Assembly: GCF_048593235.1 (NCBI RefSeq) | Contig: NC_133619.1 | Span: 651,474,558 to 651,538,557, forward strand | Length of the DNA stretch: 64,000 nucleotides | Direction: 5' to 3' | Source: Sminthopsis crassicaudata | Taxonomy: Eukaryota | Part shown: piece by piece, positions 21,263 through 39,136 of the stretch | Position numbering within the stretch: the first letter of the stretch is position 1 | How the letters are laid out: the number at the start of each line of letters is the position of its first letter | Program-made: the position numbers and the translations under genes | Notes under the pieces: model-generated | The model's database searches: none | What the model saw: the letters and a program-made list of their open reading frames with translations, nothing else | Told to the model about the DNA's origin: nothing

Positions 21263-21556
21263 AAGTCCTCCTTCTACTGGCTGCAGCCCTGTCCTTCTCT
21301 TAGCGCTTCCTCCCCAGCCCGGAACCTGCCTTCTCCCAGAGCCCCCTGCTTCCAGCTGCCCAAACTTAGAACCCTAGAGAGAAGCAGGGGCCCCCCGACC
21401 TCTTAGCCCTCTCCCCTTCCCCGCCTGTTGCAGACAGGCGCCATAAACATGTGGAGCCTGTTTCTGGAGAAGGTCTTGTGGAAACTGGGGGGGAGGGGTA
21501 GTGGGGATTGTAAGCTCCTGGAGGGTGGTTTCCCCAGTGTCTCACATAGTAAATTT

Positions 21557-21580
21557 AATAAAAATTTAAAAATTTAATAA
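21557..21580 (+). terminator. PPP1R15A poly(A) signals within an AU-rich tract
   Basis: Two AATAAA with interspersed ATTTA. Confidence 0.55.
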
Positions 21581-21637
21581 AAATTTGTTGAACTTAGTTG
21601 AATTTTTTTATCTGTTTTTTTCTTTAAAAACCAGTGT

Positions 21638-21789
21638 GGGGGGCAGCGAGGTGGCGCAGTGGATAGAGCACCAGCCTTGAAATCAGGAGGACCCGAGTTC
21701 AAATCTAGTCTCAGACACTTAACACTTCCTAGCTGTGTGACCCTGGGCAAGTCACTTAGCCCCAGCCTCAGGGAAAAAAAAAAGAAAAA
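21638..21789 (+). mobile_element. tRNA-derived marsupial SINE, WSINE1-like, full length
   Basis: Box A TGGCGCAGTGG, box B GAGTTCAAAT, CORE-derived body, poly-A tail, and diverged TSD (aaaaaccagtgtgg / aaaaatcagtttgg). Confidence 0.9.
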
Positions 21790-22079
21790 TCAGTTTGGAC
21801 ACAAGGTTTTGCAAGGGTGAATATTGAAAATCAATGTGGAGGAGCTCTGATGGTAATCATTCTTCCCCTCTCCCCCAAGGCCAAAACCTCCAAGGGACCC
21901 CAAGTAGTGGGAAAGAAGGACTTTGCCAAAGGCAGGGGGCAGAGCTCGGGGTTCCCCAGAGACTGGACCTCCTGCCCAGACCGTGCCAGGACCCATCCTT
22001 CCCACCCTCCGGCATTTGTTTCATCCTCTGGGTTTGGGGGATGGAAGACTTGGGGCCACATTGTCCATGATGACTGGCC

Positions 22080-22656
22080 CAGTTAAGGTTGGGACTCTGA
22101 AGTGGCCAGCGGGGCTTGGGGGAGAGCGGTTATGGCCTCACAGTAGCCTTGGAAGAGACCAAGAAAATGGGCTTTTGGGGGTTCATCGGGCCTTAAACCA
22201 CTGATTCTCATTGATTGACCGCCAATGGGTCCCAGGCCAAGCCCCACTTAGTCAGTGTTTGAGTCTTGACTTAGATTGGACGTGAAAAGCACCGATTTCT
22301 GCTTTGGCCAGGAGCCCTGAGGGTCCTCCCCTCCTAGATTGATTTATTAGGGTTTTTTTTTTTTTTATTAGAAAAGGGAGATTCTTTGTCTCAACTGCTA
22401 CCTCGCCTTAATCACCAAATGGACTCGGCTTTGGTCAGACCGAGACCTGGCGAAGACCTTAGCTTAAAAAGGCCAAGTTCTCCCCTTGCATCCGGAGCCA
22501 TCTGCTGCCGTCCTGATGGGGATCTGGGCCTGGGCGGCTGTGGAGGAGAAATTGTGACTTTGCAAACCCTCCCTCCCTTCAGTCCAATTCACTGGCATGT
22601 CTGGGTTACTGCCTCCCTGACCTCGGGGTCCTCTTCCAGGGCAAAGGACAAACAAG
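22080..22656 (+). mobile_element. RTE-associated marsupial SINE (WALLSI-like), degenerate
   Basis: Recognisable motifs AAAAAGGCCAAG..CTCCC..TGCATCC and 3' end GGTCCTCTTC...AAGGACAAACAA. Family and 5' boundary are approximate. Confidence 0.55.
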
Positions 22657-23271
22657 GGGCCACAAACACTGGCAGAGCCAGGGTTTCCTCTCCCCCATCC
22701 TTGCCTTCATTGACGGGGAGAGGGACCTCTCCGGCCATTCGTTGCTCTTTGGGGCGTTGCCCAGATGCCCAGCCCACAGAGTCTCTGCAAAGCTCCCTGC
22801 CTCCCGCCCTCCCTCCTAAGCTTTCGGGGCCACAGCGATCCAGTCTCTTCCACAGGAAGCCCCCCACATGGTTCCCGGGGTTCTGGAGGCCTTTCGGGCC
22901 TGTTCTGGATCTCTATCTTAAAGCCATGGGACCTAAGGTTGAAGGCCCAGTGACCCCGGACCGGGACAAAGTGCAGAAAACTACGGGTTCGGGGGGCGGA
23001 GTCCTGGGCTTGCGTCAAACGTGGGGACTCCAAGGCAGCTGGGTACCTCGGGCCAGTAAAACCCAGGCCAGCGGACTGGGCAGCCCGGGAAGGGGGTCCC
23101 AGGACGCGTCCCAGCCACAGTCCCGGCCCCGAGGGATGCTCGGCCATCTTCCTCCTCCCTCCGCTAACCTGGAAGTCCCGGGGCTTGGAGGTGGGCGCAG
23201 GGACTCCCGACCACGAGATGTCCGAGAGTCCGGATCCATCAGTGGTTTCCCGGCGTTCGGCGAGGGCTGGG

Positions 23272-23353
23272 ACTACGGCTCCCAGGAGCGCCCCGGGCCG
23301 CTTTGGCCGAGAGGGCCCTTTCCTGGGCCTCGGAGGCTGCTGGGAGCTGTAGT
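23272..23353. promoter_or_regulatory. Orphan CpG-island promoter with two oppositely oriented ZNF143/SBS motifs
   Basis: ACTACGGCTCCCAGGAG at 23272 (+) and TGGGAGCTGTAGT at 23341-23353 (-). YY1-like AAGATGGC at about 23143-23150 (-). Confidence 0.6.
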
Positions 23354-23620
23354 CCGCTCTGGTGCTCGAGGAGAGGTACCCGCCACAGGTTGGGGGAAGA
23401 GGCTGCTGGCCACGCCCAAGTCGGCGCCGAAAGGGAGCCTGCGGGGCGGAGCTCCAGACCCGGGGTTTCTTTCCCTTTTCCCGTCTCCATGGCAAAGGCA
23501 TAAGCGGGAGCGGTGGCTGCTGGTGGCTGCGGTCAAGCTTTCCTCTCCCCCCTCCCGTTAGCCATCTGCCGCGCCCAACCCCCCTTTCCGCACGGCACCT
23601 GGCGGGGAGCCCGCTCCCTG

Positions 23621-23667
23621 NNNNNNNNNNNNNNNNNNNNNNNNNNNNNNNNNNNNNNNNNNNNNNN
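23621..23667. other. Assembly gap (47 N)
   Basis: Run of N. Confidence 1.
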
Positions 23668-23862
23668 GGCAGACGGCCTCCAGGAAAGCACGGACGCCGG
23701 GCTCCTCCGAGGCTTGCATCTAGGGATTTGGACCTCGATCTAGCCTGAGAACACAGCTCCGACTCGGGGGGTGCTTCTGAGCCGGGGTGGAGGGGTGCGG
23801 GTCTCAGATGCAGGGGGCACCTTCTGAGGAGGAGCTAGGACCGTAGACGCTGGGGGTCTGCT

Positions 23863-24544
23863 CTCAGGCTCCCGGGGTCCCCAGGCTCCCGGGGCCACAG
23901 GCTCCGGGGTCTCAGGCACCGGGGTCTCAGGCACCGGGGTCTCAGGCTCCCGGGGCCACAGGCTCCGGGGTCTCAGGCACCGGGGTCTCAGGCTCCGGGG
24001 TCTCAGGCTCCCTGGGTCTCAGGCAGCGGGGTCTCAGGCTCCCGGGGTCTCAGGCACCGGAATCTCAGGCTCCCGGGGCCACAGGCTCCGGGGTCTCAGG
24101 CACCGGGGTCTCAGGCTCCGGGGTCTCAGGCTCCCTGGGTCTCAGGCAGCGGGGGTCTCAGGCTCCCGGGGCCTCAGGCTCCCGGGGTCTCAGGCAGCGA
24201 GGTCTCAGGCAGCGGGGTCTCAGGCTCCCGGGGTCTCAGGCTCCCGGGGGTCTCAGGCACCGGGGTCTCAGGCTCCGGGGTCTCAGGCACGGGGTCTCAG
24301 GCTCCCGGGGCCTCAGGCTCCCGGGGTCTCAGGCAGCGAGGTCTCAGGCAGCGGGGTCTCAGGCTCCCGGGGTCTCAGGCACCGGGGTCTCAGGCTCCCG
24401 GGGTCTCAGGCTCCGGGGTCTCAGGCAGCGGGGTCTCAGGCTCCCGGGGTCTCAGGCACCGGGGTCTCAGGCTCCCGGGGTCTCAGGCAGCGGGGGTCTC
24501 AGGCACCGGGGTCTCAGGCACCGAGGTCTCAGGCTCCCGGGGGT
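23863..24544. repeat. 15-16-bp CpG-rich VNTR upstream of SLC17A7, about 40 copies
   Basis: (CTCAGGCACCGGGGT / CTCAGGCTCCCGGGGT / CTCAGGCAGCGGGGT)n. Confidence 0.95.
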
Positions 24545-25097
24545 CCTTGAGAGGGCTCAGAAGCTCGGGGCTCTCGGCTCGGTCGCGGGGCTCCCTCAGG
24601 GAGCTTTAGCAGCGAAGGTCCCCCAAACGCTCGGCATCGCTTCTCGGAATCTTGGGGGCTCCCCGTGGCAGGAGGAGTCTCTCGGAGGGCGGGGCGGGGG
24701 ACTTTCACTGGAGTCCTGGGCAAGGGGGGGGCGGCCGACTCAGAAGGAGGAGCAGGTCTCCGAGGACCGGACCCAGGGGGTCGGACCAGGGGGAGGGCAC
24801 CTCGGACTAGGGGCGTCTTCCACGGCGGCAGCGCCCACCTCCGGGGTCCCCTCACAGGGCGGGGCCCGGCCTCCGCTCACTCCGGGGACTGGTGGCAGCG
24901 CGGGCGGGCGGGGGAGGAGTCTCGGCAGCCCCGCCTCCCTCCCTCCCTGCCGCCGGGGCTCGGGCAGGGGGCGTCCACATCCCCCGGCAGCGGAGCGGAG
25001 CCGGAGCCGGAGCCCGAGCCGGAGCCGGGCGGGGGCAGCGGGGGGCCGGGCTGGGCCGGGCCGGGCCGGGCCGGGCCGAGCCAGCGGAGCCGGGGCC

Positions 25098-32546
<7,449 letters not shown>

Positions 32547-33653
32547 CGCCCAGCGCTGGCCACGGCCCGGGACTCCATTCCCAGTGGTTTCGAGTCTCCC
32601 AGTCACCCCAGATCCCACTTCGATGTTTCCGCAGGGCTGCGGACTGGCAGTTTCCAGACCCCTCCCCAAGGCCCCCGGGTCTCTAGGCCCCCCCTGCCCT
32701 TTGCCTTCGCGGCTTGTTGAGGCTCCCACCGTCCCAGTAATAAGCCCCGAGCACATCCTTCCCTCCTCAGCCTCCTGGTTCCCGCGGTCGGAGCGGCGGG
32801 CTCCAGGCCGGCCCCTTCAGGGCGCACTCGAAAGTGTCCCTCAGTTTCCCAGGCTTTCGAGGCCGTCCCGGTAAATGCCCCGGAGAGGGCACTCCCGGCC
32901 CCCCCCCTCTTCAGATTCCGGCCCGACCTTAGAAACCGCGGCCTTCCTCGTGAGTTTCAAAGTCCCTCCAGGAGATTCGGCCCGCCCCCTCCCCCGCTGC
33001 CCCGATGACTTTTTGCCAATCACAGGGGAGGGCCCCGCCCCCCGCCCCGCTCCCTCCGGGTCCCGGGATGGATTCTCACCAGCGTTTGCATCCGGGCGCA
33101 GCGGTCTCCAGCTCCGCCCGCCCAGCAGTGCCCCCCCGCCCCCGCTGTTTTCAGGGCCCTCTTCTGCTAAGCAGGCGCCAGTTTTCCAGCCCCCCTTTCA
33201 GTGGTAAGAGTTGAATCTGAAGCTACCCGCCCCCCCCCCCCCCCAGCGCCCGGCGGTGGCAGGCAAAGCCTCCGAGTTTCTCCACAAAACCCGAGCTGGG
33301 GATTCTCAGCTTTTAAAGGGCGGCCTCCAGCCCCCTGCAGTTGAGCCCCGAGTCTCCTTCCCTCCCCTGGCGCCACTAGTCAGCGAGTCTCGGGCTGCGG
33401 GGCCCCGGCGGCCCCAGAGACGGGCTGAGCTTCCCTTAGTTCTTGCACTTTATTCCTCCCCTGCCTCCAGCCTCCAGATCGGGGGTCTTCGAGGGGTCTC
33501 CCAAGCATATTTCCAAGGCCTCTGAGCAAGAGGGACTTCCAGCCGTGGCCCCTCCCTTGCTAGCCCAAGGCTGACGACGGTCCCGGAGGACCCGACTGGG
33601 GGCGGGTGCAGGGGCCAGTTTGTGAGTGTGTGAGTGTGTGCAGGTCCGGTCGA

Positions 33654-33659
33654 AATAAA
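33654..33659 (+). terminator. SLC17A7 poly(A) signal
   Basis: AATAAA about 1.1 kb after the stop. Confidence 0.7.
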
Positions 33660-33791
33660 ATACTGTCGTGTCAACGTAGCCCTGGGCACGGCTCCAGCCT
33701 CCTTCCCCGTCGGCCGTCCCTGCCCAGCACCCCCAGCGCTCCCCTCCGTCACCGAGGTGGGAAAGACCAGGCCGGGTCTGTTCTGGAGACT

Positions 33792-33797
33792 TTTAAT
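33792..33797 (-). terminator. GFY poly(A) signal (ATTAAA)
   Basis: tttaat on the + strand, about 145 nt after the GFY stop; convergent with the SLC17A7 end. Confidence 0.55.
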
Positions 33798-33940
33798 TCG
33801 GAGTCAGAGGCGTCTCCAGGAACGAAAGCCAAAGCACCTCAGACTCTCCCCCTTCCCTCCCCAACCTCCCCCCACCCAAGTCAGGACTACAAGCGCAAAG
33901 CATGCTGGGAAGGAGCCAGGGTTCCGGGCCCGGCTCGCGC

Positions 33941-36273
33941 TCACATGAAGTTGTTGGGCAGAGCGGCGGGGGAGAGGGGCTCCAGGCGCGGCGGCGAGGA
34001 GATCCTGCCCGGGGGCGGGGGCAGCTTGGGAGGCAGAGGGGGGGTGCCGGGCGGCTGCTTGGTGGCGATGTGGGAGGGAACCCAGGCGTCCGGAGCGTAA
34101 AAGTGGAGGTCATAAGGATCCTTCGGGGCGTCCAGGTGGAGAGCTTTGGGAGACATTGGGGGCAGGAGAGCTGAGCTCGCCTCCTTCCCCAGTGCGGTGG
34201 GGGAGGGGAGGTCGGAGAAGCTGCCTTTAGAACCCCCCCAGCCCCCTTCCAAGGCACTGCTGGGGAAACTGAGGCTTGGAGAGCGGAAGCCCCGGCATCT
34301 GCCCCCGGGAAAGGGAATGGCAGGAGGCCGGCCGCAGCCGTGGGACTGCTGACATCAAAGCCAGTTCCCGTCTCCGGACGTTATCCACACCCGGAACCAG
34401 CCAGGCAGAGCTGGGGAAGACTCGTGTGGCCCATTTCCCTGCTTTTTACACGGAAGGAAACAGGGCAGGAGAGGAAGCCGCAGCTCTCGAACCCAGGACC
34501 TGAAACTCCAAGCCCCACTCTGCACTCCCGGGGAATTCCTCGCTTCTGCGCGGCCGCCGCCCTTCTTTCGCAGGGCCCCCTCCCCCACCGATCCTATCCA
34601 GGCCCTTCTCCCTTCCCACGGATGGCCGGCGCGGCCTGGTTCCCTCTCCCCCAAAGGAAGAGGGAGGGAGGAAGCTGGGAGAGGACGCGAGCCCTTTTTA
34701 TGAAGGGAGGGGGGAGGAAGCCTCTCACCCCGAAATTCTTGGAGAGGGGCCTTGGACAGGAGGCGGGGCTTACCTGAGGGAAGGGAAGCTTTGAGAGGAG
34801 GCGGGGTCTACCTGGGTGGGGGAGGGACCTGGAGAGGAGGCGGGGTCTACCTGGGATGGGGGTGGGGCGGGGCTTTCGCTCACCCGGCTCATCGCTGTCA
34901 TTCGGCAGCCGGTGGTGACCGAAGGGTCTCGAACGTGCAGCCCGGCGGTACAGACACCAAAGCAGCAGGAAAACTCCGAGCAGGAGCCCGGCCCCGGCCA
35001 GGAAGAGGCACAGGGCCCGCCTCCCGCGCCCCGAGGCCTTCCCACCAGGGTCACACCTGCAGGGTCGGGAGAGAGGCTCCGGCTCCTGTCCCACGCCCCA
35101 GCCGCGCAATCCTCCCCTCTCCCAGCCCTGCCCCCCCTGGGCGTCTCAGCCCCAGCCCCCGCTCCTAAGCTGACCCAGGTAGTGGGCGCCGCAGGGTCCC
35201 TGTCCCTCAGCTCCTGGACCTAAGAGGCCCCGGAGGGTTCCGGTCCAGTCCCTCCCGGACCGAAGTGACCCAAGCATCTCTTCCAGGCGCAGCCCCGGCG
35301 GCCCCAGCCCCTCCAGGCCCTCACCAGTCTCCTGAACTCTCTCCACCACGATGATGGTGTTCACGGTGTCTCCATGGCGCCGCGGAAGCGCTCTGGCCCG
35401 AGCTGGAGGAGCAGGCGGAGGCGGGGGCTCCAGGAGCCGGGCGGCTGCGGGGACTGGGTTCTGAGGGCCTTCAGAGGCTTGGGGGCCCGGCTGACGGGAT
35501 TCTTGGCGCGGTGTCTCGGGGGTCCCAGAGTCGTTAGCCAGTTGTGGAGAGCTGGCCCCGGTGGGGGCCGCTGACTCCAAACGGAGCACTTCTGGAAGGG
35601 CAGGGCTGGGGATGGCCCGGGATTCTGGGGGAGGGGTTTCTGGGCCCTCAGAGGGAAGAACGACGGAGGAGTCTAGATGCGGCACCTCTGGGGGCTCAGG
35701 AGTTTCTGGGTGCATAGGTTCTGGGGGCTCGGAGCTGGGGGTCCCAGAAGCTGGACGGGGCATCCCCGAGGGCTCATGCTTCGGGGCACGGGGGGGCACT
35801 GGGGCGGAAGCTTTCAGAGGGGTGTCGGAGGCTTCTGGGGGTACAGAGGTGGGGGCCTCGGAGAGATCGGGATCGGGGCTCGAACGGGCCTCTGGGGGTT
35901 CGGCTGAGTCAGAAGTGGGAGCTCCTAGATGTAAAGTCTCAAGGGGGTCTTGGGACTCTGGCTGAGAAGGTCGTGGCGGGACAGGGTCCGAGACTGCCGG
36001 CAATTCTGGCTGTCCAAGCCCAGGAGTAGCAGGGCCCGGGCTTTCATAGGATTCTGCTGGGGAAGTTTCGGGGGGGATAGAAGGGGGGACTTCTGTCGAT
36101 TCTGACTGCTGGGGGGTCGGGGCGGGAGGCTCTGGAGGGGAGGTCGCTCCGAGGACCTCCGCGTGGTATGGCTTCGAGGGCTCCGGAGGCGGCGGAACTG
36201 AGGGGGCGGCCTCCGAACCTGGGGAGCTCAGATAGAGGAGGAGGAAGACGAAGAGGAGCCCCAGAGATCTCAT
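33941..36273 (-). CDS. GFY: Golgi-associated olfactory signaling regulator (Goofy); about 441 aa if a 1-nt frameshift in the TM exon is corrected
   Basis: Exons: 35325-36273 (signal peptide [13 protein letters not shown], Pro/Glu-rich, [14 protein letters not shown]), 34884-35056 ([27 protein letters not shown]), 33941-34143 ([31 protein letters not shown]). The middle exon is 173 nt where a multiple of 3 is required. Confidence 0.9.
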
Positions 36274-36450
36274 AGCGCACGATCGGAGCCTCACCTGTGC
36301 GGGCGAAATTGGGGCACTGCGGGATCTGGAGCCACACCCGGGGCTGTCCCCGCCCCAAATGGCTCCCATTGGTCCTCAGAATCCTCCACCTCCTTCGGTG
36401 CCCCTCAGCGGGGGACCAGCGGGTTATCCCGCAGGGAAGGGTGGGGTTGA

Positions 36451-36532
36451 ACTACAACTCCCAGGGGGCTCCCGGGCGCCAGAGCTCGCAACGCAGGGAG
36501 ACTGAAGGGCCGAGCATCATGGGAGTCGTAGT
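36451..36532. promoter_or_regulatory. Pair of oppositely oriented ZNF143/SBS motifs just upstream of the first GFY coding exon
   Basis: ACTACAACTCCCAGGGGG at 36451 (+); reverse complement ACTACGACTCCCATGATGC at 36514-36532 (-). Confidence 0.6.
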
Positions 36533-38129
36533 CGGCCCCCTTCCTTGAGTTGCATGTGTTCCCAGAGGGCGAGGTCTTGAGGGGCGAAAGGGATGGGGGG
36601 AGGGGGTAGTCTCCGCATTCCCCAGGCGTCGACCCTGAGCACGGCCTTCTCAGGTCCGGAGAGCCGAAGCGGGGAGCGGTGGGCAACGCCCTTCCCCCAT
36701 TCCCCGTACCCCGGGGGACAAAGCCGGCTTTCACTTGTTTACACTCGAAGTTGCTCGGAGACCCGCTAGGGAAGAAGACGCGGGGGTCCCCGAGGGGCGG
36801 AGGCTGGGGGGAGGGGAGGCCTGTGCACCAGAAATCGAGGACTGGGGGGTCCGAATGCCTCTGCGGAGGGGAGGGGTTCGGTTGGGAACCGGATGGAGGG
36901 AGCGGCGCTTGACCTCTGAGGAGCTGGGTCAACTGCTGCCTGGGCCACTGAGCTCCACTCGAGTGACCTTGGTCACTTCCACCTCTTCAAGGCGTCAGTG
37001 TCCTCGCGGGGGAGGACCCCTAAGGTCCCTTCGGGATCCCTTCACAGGAAGGGGACAAGGGCTGCATTTGTGGCTACTCCATTGGGGGCCCTCGCGTCCA
37101 GCCTGGGTCCCGGACGCCTCGCTTACCGGTGGGGATCACTGGATCCCTGAGCAGAGGGAGGGGGAGGGAAGAGAGCCAGACTCAGCGCGTCCCTGGGTTA
37201 TGGGGGGCAGAGCGCCTGGGCTCCTTACTGGGCCGGGCCGGGGGCGCGGGGTCCTTACCTGGGGCAGGCAGAAGGAGCAGCAGCAGCAGCAGGTGTACAC
37301 AGCTGGACACGGCAGGTGAGCTGTGGAGACAAGGAGACAGGCGGGGCCTTGGGGAGGGGGTGACGCACCTGACTGTCCTTCCCTAGAGAATCCCGGTGCC
37401 TGGCGACCGGCCCTGCTCTTAAAGGGACAGCGCGGGGAAGGGGCGAAGGAGCCAAAGCTCCTTCTGCTCGGACCCCGCGGGGGACGCGGGCGATTTCCCC
37501 CCCTCTCTCCCGGGGCATCCGAGTGTTGTCCGGCTTCCCCTCCCGGCCCCCTGCTCTTGGGAGCTCGCGGTGCCCTCCGGGGCCACTCGCCGGTCACGTT
37601 TCTAGTGGGGACGCATTTAGGCTCAGAGCTGGCCCACCTCACTCACTCGGGCCCTGACAAGTGGGGTGGGCTGGGTGGTTCAGAAGGTCAGGGGGCAGAG
37701 GCCAGCAACCACGCCCTCTCCCCTTTCCCGAGGCGGCTCGGGCGGCCCCGACGTGGCTCCCACGGCCTGGAGCCTGTCTGGGCTGGAGCGCCGCCTCGGC
37801 TCCCTTCCTCTCCGCCCCTCTGTCCGCCCGTCCTTTTCCACTCCCCTCCTTTTTTCTTTCTCGGTGGGACCCGGGTCTAGCTCTCGCTGCCTGACGGGCC
37901 TCCCTTCCTCCCTCCTCTGCGTCTCCGGCCCTCCGTGGGCCTCCCTCAGCTGCTCCGAGCCTCCCTCTCACGCGTCAGTCACTTAGCTAGGTCTCCCGGC
38001 CCCCCCATTCCCCATGCCTCCGCTTGCTTCCTCTGTCCACTCGGCTCCCTCCCTCCCGCCATCCCCCTCCCGGGCCCAATTAGGGCCGGCTCGGGCTCGG
38101 GCTGGCTCGGCCTCCCCCGCTCTCTGCTG

Positions 38130-38222
38130 CTCATTAGCGGCGGCACAGCCTAATGAGGCTGGGGGCGGCGTGACCCCGCAGCCCGGGCCGGCCGGGCCTG
38201 CGTCAGCCAAGGCCTTTATAAG
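38130..38222 (+). promoter_or_regulatory. PTH2 core promoter: inverted TAATGA homeodomain sites and TATA box
   Basis: CTCATTAG at 38130-38137, CTAATGAG at 38150-38157, TTTATAAG at 38215-38222. Confidence 0.6.
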
Positions 38223-38357
38223 GGCTTTGGGGGTGGCGGAGATCAGCTGCGCCTCGCTCGGGACTCCACAGGACGGTACGGCCGGGCCCGCCGAGCGCCT
38301 GGAGGGGAGTTGGGGGGGCGCCGGAGCCGCTGAACAGGACTTGTGTCCCCGCAGGTG

Positions 38358-38397
38358 ATGGGGAGCTCCGAGAGCCGGGGGCCCCGCCGGCGCGGGC

Positions 38398-38431
<34 letters not shown>

Positions 38432-39113
38432 GCCTGGGATCCCCGGCGCCCCCGGGGCTCTTCCGGCCCGGCCCGACAGCCCCAGGTGAGTATGGGGGTG
38501 CGGGCCCCAGGAGAGACCGCAGGAGGGGAGGAACTCTGCATGGCCTGAGAGACGGGAGGCGCGCCCGACCCTGAGAGACAGCGGCAGGGCCCCCGGGGCG
38601 GCTGGAGAGCCAGCCACAGAGCGGGGGGCTCTGGAGGAAACTGGGGGAGGGGCTCGCAGAGACGGGAAGGGACCGGGCTGGGGAGGCGGGAGCGGGCTAC
38701 TGACGGAGGCCACGGCGGGCTGGACTTCTCGGGCGGCGATCCCGGCTCTCTGTGACTGAAGGGGGCGGGGGTGCCGGGGCTGGGAGCGGGCGCCCATCTC
38801 CTCCCCTCCTTCCCCCCCTCTCTGCAGCTCGTGGTTCCCGTGGGTGCCGCCACCCGCGTCTCTGACCCTGCGGGACCGGAGCCTTCAGCTGACGGGGGAG
38901 GCGGGCCCCTCCCGGGCCCCCGGACGCCGGCCCCAGACCGAGCCCCGGCCCCAGGGCCCCTCCGCGAGCGCCGGCCCCCAAAGGCGCCTGGTGGTGGCGG
39001 ACGACGCGGCGTTCCGGGAGCGCGCTCGCCTGCTGGCCGCCCTGGAGCGGCGCCGCTGGCTCAACTCGTACATGCACAAGCTCCTGGTGGTCAGCGACGC
39101 GGCCGCCGACTGA
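38358..39113 (+). CDS. PTH2: Parathyroid hormone 2 / TIP39 precursor, 137 aa
   Basis: Exons: 38358-38485 (signal peptide with (CTG)10 poly-Leu) and 38828-39113 (ADDAAFRERARLLAALERRRWLNSYMHKLLV). A likely non-coding exon 1 ends at 38275. AATAAA at 39131. Confidence 0.96.
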
Positions 39114-39130
39114 GGCTCCCCGCCCCCCCC

Positions 39131-39136
39131 AATAAA
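39131..39136 (+). terminator. PTH2 poly(A) signal
   Basis: AATAAA 17 nt after the stop. Confidence 0.8.

Noticed and set aside
21638-21720. tRNA gene
   Set aside because: The A and B boxes belong to a SINE head followed by a CORE body, poly-A tail and TSD; same at 3820-3950.
23740-24540. PETP-repeat ORF resembling GFY repeats
   Set aside because: Translation of the VNTR; no splice or start context.
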